Of a stretch of 64,000 nucleotides of DNA, positions 41,402-52,400 are shown one piece after another. Position 1 is the stretch's first letter; every line of letters begins with the position of its first letter. The stretch spans positions 193,188 to 257,187 of the forward strand of contig CAWDLW010000017.1 in assembly GCA_963803145.1 (NCBI GenBank), written 5' to 3'. This DNA comes from Methanotrichaceae archaeon. GTDB lineage: Archaea > Halobacteriota > Methanosarcinia > Methanotrichales > Methanotrichaceae. The notes below the pieces were generated by a model. That model had not been told where the DNA came from, searched no databases, and worked only from the letters and a program-made list of their open reading frames with translations. A program made the position numbers and the translations under genes.

Positions 41402-41962
41402 CGATTGCGTACTGACGGGAGGCTATTTAGCTTTTGCTGCCTAAAAGTTTAGCGGAATATTACAATCTAAAATCTTTTCAAAGATGTATATAATGACGTT
41501 GTTGTTTGACAAATATATTGCCCGTTAGATTGCTCGTCGTTTTCCTGATTGGATCTCCAAAGTATCTTCAAAGTTTGTTATTTATATATGCACTTTCACC
41601 TCAATGCCCGTTATCGAAATGCCTATACATCCTGATCTGATTACGCAGCCCATCCCTTAATAGAGGGATGTCTAAATCAAATTATATATAAATTTATACC
41701 GATAAAGATTTATACGATCTGAAACAGATCGTGCCATAACTCTTAAGACAATGAAAAAAAAGCTGCAGTGGGGTCGAATGATCGAAAAACGATAGATGAC
41801 GCTATACTCTAATATCCAATTAAAAAACCGTATGTTATCTGTGGTTTCCCGAGATCTTGTTCAATAATCAGCAACACAACCAAAAAAGAATACTGCTGGA
41901 TGCCTCGGTTACAAACCGCATTTCGCATGAATGAATTTGCGGGCCGTTGAATCGGATCATTT

Positions 41963-44194
41963 ATGCCAGGGGATGAAGGGGAGGAAATAAGAATGATACT
42001 GCCTAGGCTCAGTTTTAATGCTCAGATCTTTATCGGCATTCTCTTTGGGCTCTTCGTGGGTTTGTTCTTTGGTGATTCCAGCTCGATTTTCCACCCTTTC
42101 GCAACGGCTTTTATCAGGATTATGCAGATCACAGTGCTGCCTTATCTCATAGCCAACCTCGTTGGAGGTGTAGGCAGTATGAACAGCAGTGAAGCAAGGA
42201 GCATCGTGACTAAGGGCGGCAAGGTCCTGCTCCTCTTCTGGGCGCTTGGTGCAATTGCTTTCTATTCCATGCAGTTTGCTTTCCCTGATCTTTCCAGAGC
42301 TTCTTTTTTCAGCATCAGCAAGATTACAGAAACAGATGGTATCAATCTAATTGATGTATTCATTCCTTACAATATATTTTCGTCCATGGCAAAAGGCATA
42401 CTTCCTTCAATTGTGATCTTCAGCCTGCTTTTGGGTTTTGGGCTAATTGGAGCTGAGAATAGCAAATCCATCCTGGATTCTTTAAAGGTCCTATCCTCAG
42501 CCATGCTCAGGATTAACGGCATTATAATGAGGATAATTCCCTTTGGAATCTTTGCAATTACTGCCGATGCTGTCGGCACTATAGCCCTGGATAAGCTATT
42601 TGCGATTCAGATCTTCTTCATCTCTCTAACTGCGCTTGCTCTTCTGCTTTCCTTTCTAGTCGTTCCGCTGCTGACAAATTCCATTACGCCCTTCAACTAT
42701 CGTGATCTGCTCTCCATATCGAGCCGGGCAATGATCCTGGGAATGACAACAGGAAACGACTTCATTACTCTCCCTTTGATCGCTGAAGGAGTCCAGAACC
42801 TGTTTAAGAAGCAAAATAAGGACGATATAGCCCTGAATGTGAAGAAATACAGCGAGGTCCTAGTTCCTTTAGCCTATAGTTTTCCGCTTCTTGGAGCCTT
42901 CCCTCCAATTCTCTTTATCCTCTTCACGGCCTGGTTCTACATGCATCCTCTGCAGACCTGGGATCGTTTTGTACTTATTCTCGCAGGGATTCCCAGCCTG
43001 TTTGGGTCGTCTATCATATCGGTTCAATCTCTACTCGATCTCATGCACCTGCCGGCAGATGCATTGGAGCTTTACGAGAGCTCCCATTCCTTTCACGTCT
43101 ATTTCATCACCGGCTTGACCTGTATGTCCATCTTCTCCTTCACTGTGATCGGCGTAGCTTCTTTCACAGGCATGGCTTCTATAAGATGGAAGAGGCTGGC
43201 AGTCTCTGCTATTATGGTTATAGCCGTATTCATTGCGGTCATTCTCGGGCTCAGGATCGGGTTTGAGCACATGCTCGGAGATCAGAATCAAGAATATCGG
43301 ATTATCAAGGGCATGGATTTGCCATGGAATGAATTGAAAGAGTCCGGAAGAGGGCCTCTTGAGATATCGGTTTATAAGAGGCTTGAGGCTATGCCAAGCA
43401 TAGCCTCTTCGGAGGAAGTTGACAATGTTCTTGAACGCATCAAGAGCCGCGATACTTTGAGGGTGGGTTACATTCCAAATATAGTGCCCTTTGCCTTCTT
43501 CAACAGCCGCGGAACGCTGGTGGGCTACGATGTGCAGACGGCCTGCGAGTTTGCCCAGTTCTTGAATGTTTCCCATCTGGAGTTCATACCCGTCAGATAT
43601 GATTTAATGACGAAAGCTTTGGATTCCGGCTTTTGCGATATTATCGTCTCGGCAGTTTCTGTGACTTCTCACAGGATGGAGACAATGGATTTTTCCAATC
43701 CCTACATTGATCTCCATCTGGCCTTTGTGGTGCATGATTGGAGGGCAAAGGAGTTTGGGCAGCTGGAAGATGCACAGAATATGAAGGGTTTAAAGATTGC
43801 CGTCCTGAACAGCACTGATGAGGTTACAGGCGCCCAGATGCTTTTTCCACATGCTACAATTATCCCTGTTGACTCTTATGATGAGTTCTTCGCGAAAGAT
43901 GAGGACTACGTGCTTTTAGATTCTGCAGAGGAGGGGTCGGCCCAGACCCTTCTGCATCCCTACTATACTGTGGTCCAGCTCCAACCAAGCGATATACCCT
44001 GCGATTTCTATGCTTACCCCGTGGCTAAAAGCAAAGATCGGTCTCTGCTCAATCTTCTGAACTATTGGATACTTCTCGATAAAATGAATGGTGGAACGGA
44101 TGAGAAATTCAATTACTGGGTCATGGGAATAGGAGCCCAAAAGACGTCGCCCCGCTGGTGCATAGCCAGAGACGTTCTCCACTTGATTCCTTGA
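41963..44194 (+). CDS. Dicarboxylate/amino acid:cation symporter fused to a substrate-binding (family 3) domain
   Basis: N-terminal multi-TM SDF-like region; C-terminal IKSRDTLRVG...PFAFFNSRGTLVGYD. Confidence 0.85.
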   Translation: MPGDEGEEIRMILPRLSFNAQIFIGILFGLFVGLFFGDSSSIFHPFATAFIRIMQITVLPYLIANLVGGVGSMNSSEARSIVTKGGKVLLLFWALGAIAFYSMQFAFPDLSRASFFSISKITETDGINLIDVFIPYNIFSSMAKGILPSIVIFSLLLGFGLIGAENSKSILDSLKVLSSAMLRINGIIMRIIPFGIFAITADAVGTIALDKLFAIQIFFISLTALALLLSFLVVPLLTNSITPFNYRDLLSISSRAMILGMTTGNDFITLPLIAEGVQNLFKKQNKDDIALNVKKYSEVLVPLAYSFPLLGAFPPILFILFTAWFYMHPLQTWDRFVLILAGIPSLFGSSIISVQSLLDLMHLPADALELYESSHSFHVYFITGLTCMSIFSFTVIGVASFTGMASIRWKRLAVSAIMVIAVFIAVILGLRIGFEHMLGDQNQEYRIIKGMDLPWNELKESGRGPLEISVYKRLEAMPSIASSEEVDNVLERIKSRDTLRVGYIPNIVPFAFFNSRGTLVGYDVQTACEFAQFLNVSHLEFIPVRYDLMTKALDSGFCDIIVSAVSVTSHRMETMDFSNPYIDLHLAFVVHDWRAKEFGQLEDAQNMKGLKIAVLNSTDEVTGAQMLFPHATIIPVDSYDEFFAKDEDYVLLDSAEEGSAQTLLHPYYTVVQLQPSDIPCDFYAYPVAKSKDRSLLNLLNYWILLDKMNGGTDEKFNYWVMGIGAQKTSPRWCIARDVLHLIP

Positions 44195-44318
44195 TGCTGA
44201 AGAGATCCTTGACTAAAGAGATCGATTCTCTCAGCCATCGAATCCATTCAAAGTTAGCGAGATTCAGGCAAAAGTTTAGCAATCATAAAAGAATAATATA
44301 AGTTCATTTTTTGCGCAT

Positions 44319-44840
44319 TTATGCCACAGCCTTAATTATCTCTCTGCAGAATGCCGGCAGATCCTGTGGGAAACGTGAGGTTATCAAGTTTCCATCGACT
44401 ACAACCTCCTTATCAACCCAGTCAGCTCCTGCGTTGATCATATCATCCCTTATGGAGAAGAAGGATGTAGCTCGCTTACCTCGCATAACTCCTGCCGAGA
44501 TGAGCACCCAGCCTGCATGGCAGATAGCTGCCGTAACTTTTCCTGATTCGTTGATAGCCTTCACAAATCTCAGAGTATCGGGGCATCTCCTGAGAAGATC
44601 AGGCGCATAGCCGCCTGGAATAATGATCGCATCGAAATCATCAGGGATTACATCCCGTGTCCTCTTCTCCATTTTGGCCGGGAGTCCATGCTTGCCATGT
44701 ACCTCCTCAGGGCCGAGGCACGGCCCCAGTATCATGACCTCGGCACCCGCCTCCTTCATGCGGTAATATGGATACCAGAACTCCACATCCTCATAGAGAT
44801 CTGCTACAAGAATGGCTATCTTCTTGCCGTCAAGCTCCAT
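44319..44840 (-). CDS. PfpI/DJ-1 family protein
   Basis: YEDVE, IPGG, AICHA, VVDGNLITSR. Confidence 0.9.
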   Translation of the reverse strand: MELDGKKIAILVADLYEDVEFWYPYYRMKEAGAEVMILGPCLGPEEVHGKHGLPAKMEKRTRDVIPDDFDAIIIPGGYAPDLLRRCPDTLRFVKAINESGKVTAAICHAGWVLISAGVMRGKRATSFFSIRDDMINAGADWVDKEVVVDGNLITSRFPQDLPAFCREIIKAVA

Positions 44841-44865
44841 TTAAGTGCCAGCCTTTAATATAGCC

Positions 44866-45438
44866 TCATTTTTTGGTCAAGGCATTTATGATCTCTTTGC
44901 AGAACATCGGCAGAGCCCATTTCGTCCTTGAGGTGATCAGGTTGCCATCGACAACAACGTCCTGATCCTGCCATTTGATCCTCTGATCTACGCGTGACTG
45001 CCTGGCTATCTCCTGCTGGAGATCCTCTTTGGCTGTTGCCTTCTTGCCTTTGAGAAGCTCAGCGGAGGCAAGGACCAGCAGGCCGTGGCATTTGGCTGCG
45101 ACCAGTTTTCTGCTATTGAACATTGAAGTAACAAACATGAGAACATCCTCATTTCTTCTGAGCATCTCTGGGGCAAAGCCACCGGGAATGATGAGGCAAT
45201 CGTAGTCCTCAGGTTTTGCCTCCTTCGCGCTTTTATCTGTCTTCAGAGGATAGCAGTGTCTGCTCAGGATCTCGACTGGACTGTCTATCATGCTTACGAC
45301 CTCAACATCAGCGCCCTCCTCCATCATACGGAAGTAGGGATACCAGAACTCAAGGTCCTCGTACATTTCAGAGGTTAGGATCGCTATTTTCTTGCCTTTC
45401 AGCCTCATATCATTCATTGTCATCACCTTTGGCCGCAA
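44866..45438 (-). CDS. PfpI/DJ-1 family protein (second paralog)
   Basis: YEDLE, IPGG, KCHG, VVDGNLITSR. Confidence 0.88.
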   Translation of the reverse strand: MRPKVMTMNDMRLKGKKIAILTSEMYEDLEFWYPYFRMMEEGADVEVVSMIDSPVEILSRHCYPLKTDKSAKEAKPEDYDCLIIPGGFAPEMLRRNEDVLMFVTSMFNSRKLVAAKCHGLLVLASAELLKGKKATAKEDLQQEIARQSRVDQRIKWQDQDVVVDGNLITSRTKWALPMFCKEIINALTKK

Positions 45439-45583
45439 AAATCCGAGCCTTATGAATGCAAAATTTTAGACTGCTACTATGATTACTATCATCATCAAGG
45501 TTGGCTTTGAAAGATCCTGCTAGATAACGGCCACAAAATACTATCGTCTTCTGCAGATATGAACATTTCTCTTTTTGAAAGGT

Positions 45584-46000
45584 TTATAAAAGTTTCAAGG
45601 ATTCCACCTTGGCGCATCTCCCGAAGACAACGTTGTATCCCTCTTTATCCAGCTCTTTGATGACATCTTTGTTCTCCGTGCCTGGCTGCATCCAGAATGT
45701 CTTGAAGCCCTTTCGCTTTGCCTCATTCGCGACTTCCGGCACTGCAGATGGCCTGCGGAAAACGTCCACGATATCGATTTCGTCTGGAATATCAACGATG
45801 GATGCATAAACTCGCTCTCCATGGATCTCCTGGCCTTCATAATTGGGGTTGACTAGGCATAGCTTGAAACCCTTGCTTTGCAGGACGCGTGAAACAAAGT
45901 TGCTTGGGCGGGATTCATCCGGCGAGATGCCAACGATTGCTATGCATTTGCACTCTTGTAGGACACGCTTTATGTCTCTTTCATCTCGAAGAATGGGCAT
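45584..46000 (-). CDS. CoA-binding protein (YccU-like)
   Basis: IAIVGIS, VNP, DIVDVFR, WMQPG. Confidence 0.9.
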   Translation of the reverse strand: MPILRDERDIKRVLQECKCIAIVGISPDESRPSNFVSRVLQSKGFKLCLVNPNYEGQEIHGERVYASIVDIPDEIDIVDVFRRPSAVPEVANEAKRKGFKTFWMQPGTENKDVIKELDKEGYNVVFGRCAKVESLKLL

Positions 46001-46049
46001 ATATTATCTTTAGGCAGTGCTCGGATAAATAAATGGACTACTTGGTTTT

Positions 46050-46120
46050 GGGTAGTCTACCATAATTGAGTTGATGATTCCAGTCTCTTCCATCAGCCTT
46101 TCGTGGCTTCGCGCGCGCGA
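46050..46120. mobile_element. Partial copy of the MITE at 59919-60050
   Basis: GGGTAGTCTACCATAATTGAGTTGATGA identical to that MITE's left end; also shares TTCGxGGCTTCGCGCG. Confidence 0.6.
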
Positions 46121-46341
46121 GTTCCCCTATTTCATGCAAAGCCGCGATGTTCCAGGCGGTTCTTCCTGGGTCTGCTTAGCCGCTTCTTGAAGAATAGCTA
46201 TTTTTGGGCGCATGTAAGCGATTGCATGGTTTATAATAGACAACCTGAAAAGTTCAAGCTGTAAAATGTATGGACTCCTCCAGGATCAAACTTTGCCATC
46301 TGCCTATAAGTCACGTCTTAGTCAACTTTGCAGCGCTCTAA

Positions 46342-46431
46342 TTCCGGAGTGCCCGCGAGTCGCTTCGCTCCCGCGCTAGCTGTTTACGGGGCTGTCGCTC
46401 AGTCGCCGCGACGGGCTAACGCCCTCCGGGA
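46342..46431. repeat. Structured GC-rich element, copy A (copy B inverted at 60801-60882)
   Basis: Shared CGCGCTA..GTTxACGGGGC...CGCTCAGTCGCCGCG with stems preserved. Confidence 0.6.
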
Positions 46432-46617
46432 CGGTTCACAGTGGAGAGATAGGCAGGTTGATTGATTGCCTGTCTTATTGTACTGTAATTTCTGATTTCC
46501 ATTATAATCAGAAGTTTCAAGCGTTGGATTATAAACAAGAACGAAGATTTTCGCACTTATTGTCGCAAACCATTTATCATGATGAAAAGGTAAGTGAGCG
46601 ATAAGGAGGAGCTATTA

Positions 46618-46932
46618 TTGAGTACAAAAGCACTGGGACTCTTATGGTGGATGATGATGATGCTTTTTGTATCAGCTAAAGTGCTAAATAAATTAGGAAA
46701 AAATGATGAAGCCAAGAAAGCATATGCATATGCCTGGCATCTCAAAGGCCGCTACGAATTTCATTTCGGTTGCTACGATGAGTCAATTCAGGCTTGTGAT
46801 AAGGCTATCGAATTGAAGCCGCAAAATGCAACGTTCTGGTTAAGCAAAAGCAGGATTCTTAGTGCAGCAGGCCGTACAACAGAAGCTGATGCGGCTTTAT
46901 CCAAGGCAAAAGAGCTGGGATATACAGGCTGA
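46618..46932 (+). CDS. Internally deleted secreted TPR protein (possible pseudogene)
   Basis: Signal peptide paralogous to those of neighbours, joined to a degenerate TPR; ends SKAKELGYTG. Confidence 0.55.
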   Translation: MSTKALGLLWWMMMMLFVSAKVLNKLGKNDEAKKAYAYAWHLKGRYEFHFGCYDESIQACDKAIELKPQNATFWLSKSRILSAAGRTTEADAALSKAKELGYTG

Positions 46933-46947
46933 TTCGAGGGATTATCG

Positions 46948-47943
46948 ATGGGGGCAAAGGCAATACTCATTATATGGCTGATACTCATGGCATATTTTAT
47001 ATCAGCGTCTGGGCAGCAGACTGCTCAAGACTGGTTAGATAAAGGCAATGCTCTCGCTATTCAGGGCAAGTATGATGAAGCCATTCAAGCTTATGATAAG
47101 GCTATTGAGATCAATCCAAAAATTGCAACTATATGGTATAACAAAGGCTATGCTCTCGATAGTCAGGGCAAGTATAACGAGGCCATTCAGGCTTATGATA
47201 AGGCTATAGAGATCAATCCTCAATATGCAGAAGCCTGGAATAACAAAGGCTATGCTCTCGATAGTCAGGGCAAGTATAACGAGGCCATTCAGGCTTATGA
47301 TAAGGCTATAGAGATCAATCCTCAATATGCAGAAGCCTGGAACAACAAAGGCTATACTCTCGATAGTCAGGGCAAGTACGATGTGGCCATTCAAGCACTC
47401 AATAAAGCTATTGAGATCGATTCTCAATTTGCTTTGGCCTGGCGTAACAAGGGGCTTGCCCTCTGTGACCAAGGCAAGTACAATGAGTCGATTCAAGCCT
47501 ATGATAAGGCCATCCAGATCAATCCAAATGATACAACTGCATGGTACAACAAAGGCTATGCTCTCGATAGTCAGGGCAAGTATAATGAAGCAATTCAAGC
47601 CTATGATAAGGCCATCGAGATCAATCCTCAATATGCAAAAGCTTGGAATAACAAAGGCTATGCTCTCGCTATTCAGGGCAAGTATGATGAAGCCATTCAA
47701 GCTTATGATAAGGCTATTGAGATTAATCCACAATTTGTAGGGGCCTGGATCAACAAGGGCAATGCTCTTGATGACCAGGGTAAGCACGATGAGGCAATTC
47801 AGGTTTACGATAAGGCAATTGAGCTAAATCCTCAATCTTCTGCAGCCTGGTATAACAAGGGACTTGCTCTCAAGGCTCTCGGTCGAACTGCTGAGGCAGA
47901 CGCAGCCTTCGCCAAGGCCAAAGAGCTGGGATATACAGGCTGA
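46948..47943 (+). CDS. Secreted TPR protein (~9 TPRs)
   Basis: Signal peptide, SASGQQTAQDW, near-identical 102-bp TPR units, AKAKELGYTG end. Confidence 0.92.
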   Translation: MGAKAILIIWLILMAYFISASGQQTAQDWLDKGNALAIQGKYDEAIQAYDKAIEINPKIATIWYNKGYALDSQGKYNEAIQAYDKAIEINPQYAEAWNNKGYALDSQGKYNEAIQAYDKAIEINPQYAEAWNNKGYTLDSQGKYDVAIQALNKAIEIDSQFALAWRNKGLALCDQGKYNESIQAYDKAIQINPNDTTAWYNKGYALDSQGKYNEAIQAYDKAIEINPQYAKAWNNKGYALAIQGKYDEAIQAYDKAIEINPQFVGAWINKGNALDDQGKHDEAIQVYDKAIELNPQSSAAWYNKGLALKALGRTAEADAAFAKAKELGYTG

Positions 47944-48095
47944 TCATATTTCCTATAAGTATGTATAACCTGTAAACTCATCCTACCCTTTTTTAGCATC
48001 TCCAAAGCCAAAGCAGTATTTTATAAATATCTTCTCTGATTGCAAAGGCATGCCTTTGCGCCCTGGATTTTATATTTGCGTGCAAGGATAGGATT
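47880..48095 (+). repeat. 'KELGYTG-stop + 3-prime noncoding' repeat, copy 1
   Basis: GGGATATACAGGCTGA...TATGTATAACCTGTAAAC...T-tract...GTATTTTATAAATA...GCAAAGGCATGCCTTTGCG; similar at 49072, 54655 and 59495. Confidence 0.85.
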
Positions 48096-48254
48096 TTGCT
48101 ATGCGTATGCAATGAAAAGGCCAAGACGGTATTTTTATCATACATGACAAATAAACGCTATTTTTAATTGTTCCATGAATTTGTGAGTTAACGCTAAATA
48201 TGTAAGCGTTATGCAGTAAAATTTAAGAAATTTCAGTATGAAGGAGATGATGAA

Positions 48255-48911
48255 ATGAAGTTAAGCTCAAGAATCGCACTATGCCTGTTGATTATGAGTA
48301 TAGGTATGATCTACTTCGCTTCCGCTGATCTGTCATATGGCGGTGTGTCTAAGGGTAAACTATTGTACGAAGATAATTTTTCGAGCAGCAAATTTAGCGG
48401 ATTTTCAGGATTACTTGGCGCAAATACCAGCGAATACTTCGGAAATGGTAGATATCATATTGAAGTAGTGCCGCTTTTTACGATGCCAGGAGAAGATTCC
48501 GGTGCAGAATATAATAACACCATTATTGAGGTAGAAGCTACTCAAGAGTCTGGTCCGGATGATAACGTCTATGGTGTCGTGTTTAGGAAGGTTGACTGGA
48601 ATAACTATTATGCGTTTCTAATTTCCGGGGATGGCTACTATAGGATCCAAAAGATGCAGAACAATAGTTGGGTCTTCATTTCACCATGGAAAAAATCTAG
48701 CGCAATTCATACAGGTAATGCCACCAATTTAATCGATGTCGTATGTAATGGAAACAAGTTCTCCTTCTATGTGAATAACATTAAGGTCGATGATTATAAT
48801 GATAGCAGCTTTGGGTCTGGTATGATTGGCTTCATAGCCGGAACTGAATATTCCAAGGGTCCTGTTATAATAGGTTTTGACAATCTAACGATCTGGCAGA
48901 TCGCCCAATAA
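48255..48911 (+). CDS. Exported ConA-like/DUF1080-type lectin or hydrolase domain protein
   Basis: Signal peptide; LLYEDNF, YGVVFR, YAFLISGDGYY, FYVN, FDNLTIW. Confidence 0.75.
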   Translation: MKLSSRIALCLLIMSIGMIYFASADLSYGGVSKGKLLYEDNFSSSKFSGFSGLLGANTSEYFGNGRYHIEVVPLFTMPGEDSGAEYNNTIIEVEATQESGPDDNVYGVVFRKVDWNNYYAFLISGDGYYRIQKMQNNSWVFISPWKKSSAIHTGNATNLIDVVCNGNKFSFYVNNIKVDDYNDSSFGSGMIGFIAGTEYSKGPVIIGFDNLTIWQIAQ

Positions 48912-49071
48912 TGTATATTCCCATATGTAGATGATGGTTTGCCAAGTAAGGTCTATTGGTAAAAAGCGAGAGGCAGCAAAAGATTTTCGCCCCAGTATTC
49001 CTGCCTTCTCGCTATCATTCTTTCAGTGATATCAATTTTTGTAGTTAACCACTACGATAAGAGTGGATTAT

Positions 49072-49375
49072 AGCAGATGCAGCCTTAGCCAAGACCAAGG
49101 AGCTGGGATATACAGGCTGATCCTACCATCTCTGGGTATGTATAACCTGTAAACCCATCCTTTCATTTTTTAGATCTGCAAAGCCGGAGAGGTATTTTAT
49201 AAACATCTTTCCGACTTGCAAATGTCCCCCCTTTACGCTCCAGATTTTATGCTTACGCGAAGATATAATATTCGATAACGAGCATACAATTAGTAGATAA
49301 ACAAAAGTGTTATCATTATACAATATATATATATATATATATAGATCTATTCTGATTTTGTCAGCTCAGTTTTCT
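49072..49375 (+). repeat. Orphan 'KELGYTG-stop + 3-prime noncoding' repeat, copy 2 (no TPR gene attached)
   Basis: Encodes only ADAALAKTKELGYTG*, then aligns to 54670-54975 over about 300 bp; contains (AT)10 at 49323-49343. Confidence 0.85.
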
Positions 49376-49446
49376 AGTAGATAACTCTCTCTTCAAAACG
49401 TTTATCATCATAAAATGTGAATTAACGCTTGAGGAGGGATTTATCG

Positions 49447-52400
49447 TTGAGAGTAAAGGCAATACTGATTTTATGGCTGGTGCTCATCGTAATTTCTATA
49501 TCAGCTTCTGGGCAGCAGACGGCGACCGATTGGTTGAATAAAAGCGTTGATTTGGTTAAGCAAGGCAAGTACGATGAGGCTATTCAGGCTTGTGATAAGG
49601 CTATTCAGCTAGATCCAAAATTAACAGCAGCCTGGGATAGCAAAGGCCTGGCACTTATAAGTCAGAGCAGATATAACGAATCCATCCAAGCTTTCGATAA
49701 GGCAATTGAGCTTAATCCCCAGGATGCAGTAGCCTGGGCCTACATAGGCGCAGATCTCGTAGAACAGGGCAAGTACAATGAGTCTATCATAGCTTTGGAT
49801 AAGGCCATCCAGATCAATCCGCAATTAGCACCGGCCTGGATCAACAAGGGACTTGCTTTCTATGGTCAAGGCAAGTACGATGAAGCCATCCAAGCCTATG
49901 ATAAGGCTACTGAGCTTAATCCACAAGATGCCACAGCCTGGAATAACAAGGGCAATGCTCTCAATAGCCTAGGCAAATACAATGAGTCAGTTCAAGCTTT
50001 TGATAAGGCAATTGAGATCAATCCTCAATTTGCAATGGCCTGGAACAACAAAGGCGAAGCTCTCAGGGCACAAGGCAAATACAATGAATCCATTCAGGCC
50101 TATGACAGAGCCATTGAGCTGGACCCTAATAATGAACTGGCTTGGAATAATAAAGGCCTTGCTCTTGACCAACAAGGCAAGTATGATGAGGCTATTCAGG
50201 CTTTAAATAAGACTATCGAACTTAATCCTCTAGATGCAGAAGCCTGGAGTAACAAAGGCCTTGCCCTTGATCATCAGGGAGAATATGACGATGCCATTCA
50301 AGCACTCGAGAAAGCTATTGAGATTAATCCGCAATTTGCACCAGCCTGGACCAACAAGGGACTTGCTCTCTATGATCAAGGCAAATACAACGAGTCAATT
50401 CAGGCTTATGACAATGCCACCCAGATCAATCCTCAAAATGCAGATGCTTGGTATTCCAAAGGCATTGTGCTCTATCTTCAGGGCAGATACAATGAGTCGA
50501 TTCAGGCTTGTGATAAGGTCATCCAGATCAATCCGCAATTTGCAATGGCCTGGAACAACAAAGGTGCTGCTCTTAAAAGTCAGGGCAAGTATGATGAAGC
50601 CATTCAAGCTTATGATAAAGCCATCCAGATCAATCCTCAACTTGCAATTGCCTGGAACAACAAAGGTGTAGCTCTTAAAAGTCAGGGCAAGTATGATGAA
50701 GCCATTCAAGCCTATGATAGGGCCATCGAGATCAATCCTCAAGATAGCGATATACGGTTTAGGGCCGCGGTTACTCTCGGCGAGATCAACGATACCAGAG
50801 CCGTAGAGCCACTGATCCTAGCTCTCAAGGACAATGATAGCTATGTACGGGCTGATGTTGCAGATGCTCTCGGAAAGATCAAAGATACCAAAGCCGTAGA
50901 ACCACTGATCCTTGCTCTCAAGGACAATGATAGCGATGTACGGGTGAGTGCTGCACAGGCTTTTGAACATATCAAAGATACCAGCGCCGTAGAACCACTG
51001 ATTCAGGCTCTCAAGGACAATGATAGCGATGTACGATATAGTGCTGCAGATGCTCTCGGCAAGATCAATGATACCAGAGCCGTAGAACCACTGATCCTGG
51101 CTCTCAAGGACAATGATAGCGATGTACGGGCGGGTGCTGCATTTGCTCTCGGCGAGATCAAAGATCCCAGAGCCGTAGAACCACTGATCATCTTGGCTCT
51201 AAAGGATAACGATACGCTTGCACGGATTGATGCTGCAGATGCCCTCAGCGAGATCAATGATACCAAAGCCATAGAACCACTGATCCTAGCTCTAAAGGAC
51301 AATGATAGCGATATACGGTTTAGGGCCGCGGTTACTCTCGGCGAGATCAATGATACCAGAGCCGCAGAACCACTGATCCTGGCTCTCAAGGACAATGATA
51401 GCGATGTACGGGCGGGTGCTGCATTTGCTCTCGGCGAGATCGAAGATCCCAGAGCCGTAGAACCACTGATCCTAGCTCTCAAGGACAATGATAGCGATGT
51501 ACGATTTGATGCTGTACTGGCTTTTGAACATATCAAAGATACCAGAGCCGTAGAACCACTGATTCAGGCTCTCAAGGACAATGATAGCTATGTACGGGCG
51601 ATTGCTGCAGGGGCGCTCGGAAATATCAAAGATACCAGAGCCGTAGAACCACTGATCCTAGCTCTCAAGGACAATGATAGCGATGTACGGGCTGATGCCG
51701 CAAAGGCTCTCGGAAATATCAATGATACTAGAGCTGTAGAACCACTGATCCTAGCTCTAAAGGATAATTATTGGCGGGCAAGAGATAATGCCGTGCTTGC
51801 TCTCGGCGAGATCAAAGATACCAAAGCCGTGGAACCACTGATCCTAACTCTAAAGGATAATGATAGCGATGTACGAGTTGATGTTGCAGAGGCTCTCGGA
51901 AAGATCAATGATACTAAAGCTGTAGAACTACTGAGTCAGGCTCTAAGGGAGAACGATACCCTTGTACAGCAAGAGGCTTCAGAGGCGTTCAAAATACTAG
52001 GCGATGCTCTCTATGCTCAAGGCAAATACAATGAGTCCATCGAGGCTTATGTTAGAGCTACTGAAATTGACCCAAATGATGTGAACACGTGGGCTAAACT
52101 GGGAGATATTCTAGACAACATCGGAAGATATGAAGATGCCATTTCATGCTATAATAAGACTATCGAATTGTCTCCAGACTTTGCATCTGCAATGGTTAGC
52201 AAAGGCAGAACTCTTACTAAAATGGGAAAATACAATGCGGCGCTTGATATAATCGATAAATCATTAGAGTTAGACCCACAGTCCTCATATGCCTGGGAAA
52301 GCAAAGGTCTTGCTCTCTATGGTCTGGGCAAGTATGACGATGCCATTCAGGCTTATGATAAAGCCGTCGAGATCAAGCCACAAGATGTAGTTGCCTGGCT

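Noticed and set aside
47035-47787. 250-aa antisense ORF and similar antisense ORFs at 51003-51536 and 50395-50742
   Set aside because: By-products of repetitive TPR/HEAT codon usage on the opposite strand
47928-47980. Hairpin over the UGA stop as a SECIS-like readthrough signal
   Set aside because: Other copies have TAA or GGA at that position and there is no conserved downstream reading frame
47880-48095. Repeat unit as a classical integron attC site
   Set aside because: Lacks RYYYAAC/GTTRRRY core boxes, and no integron integrase is present
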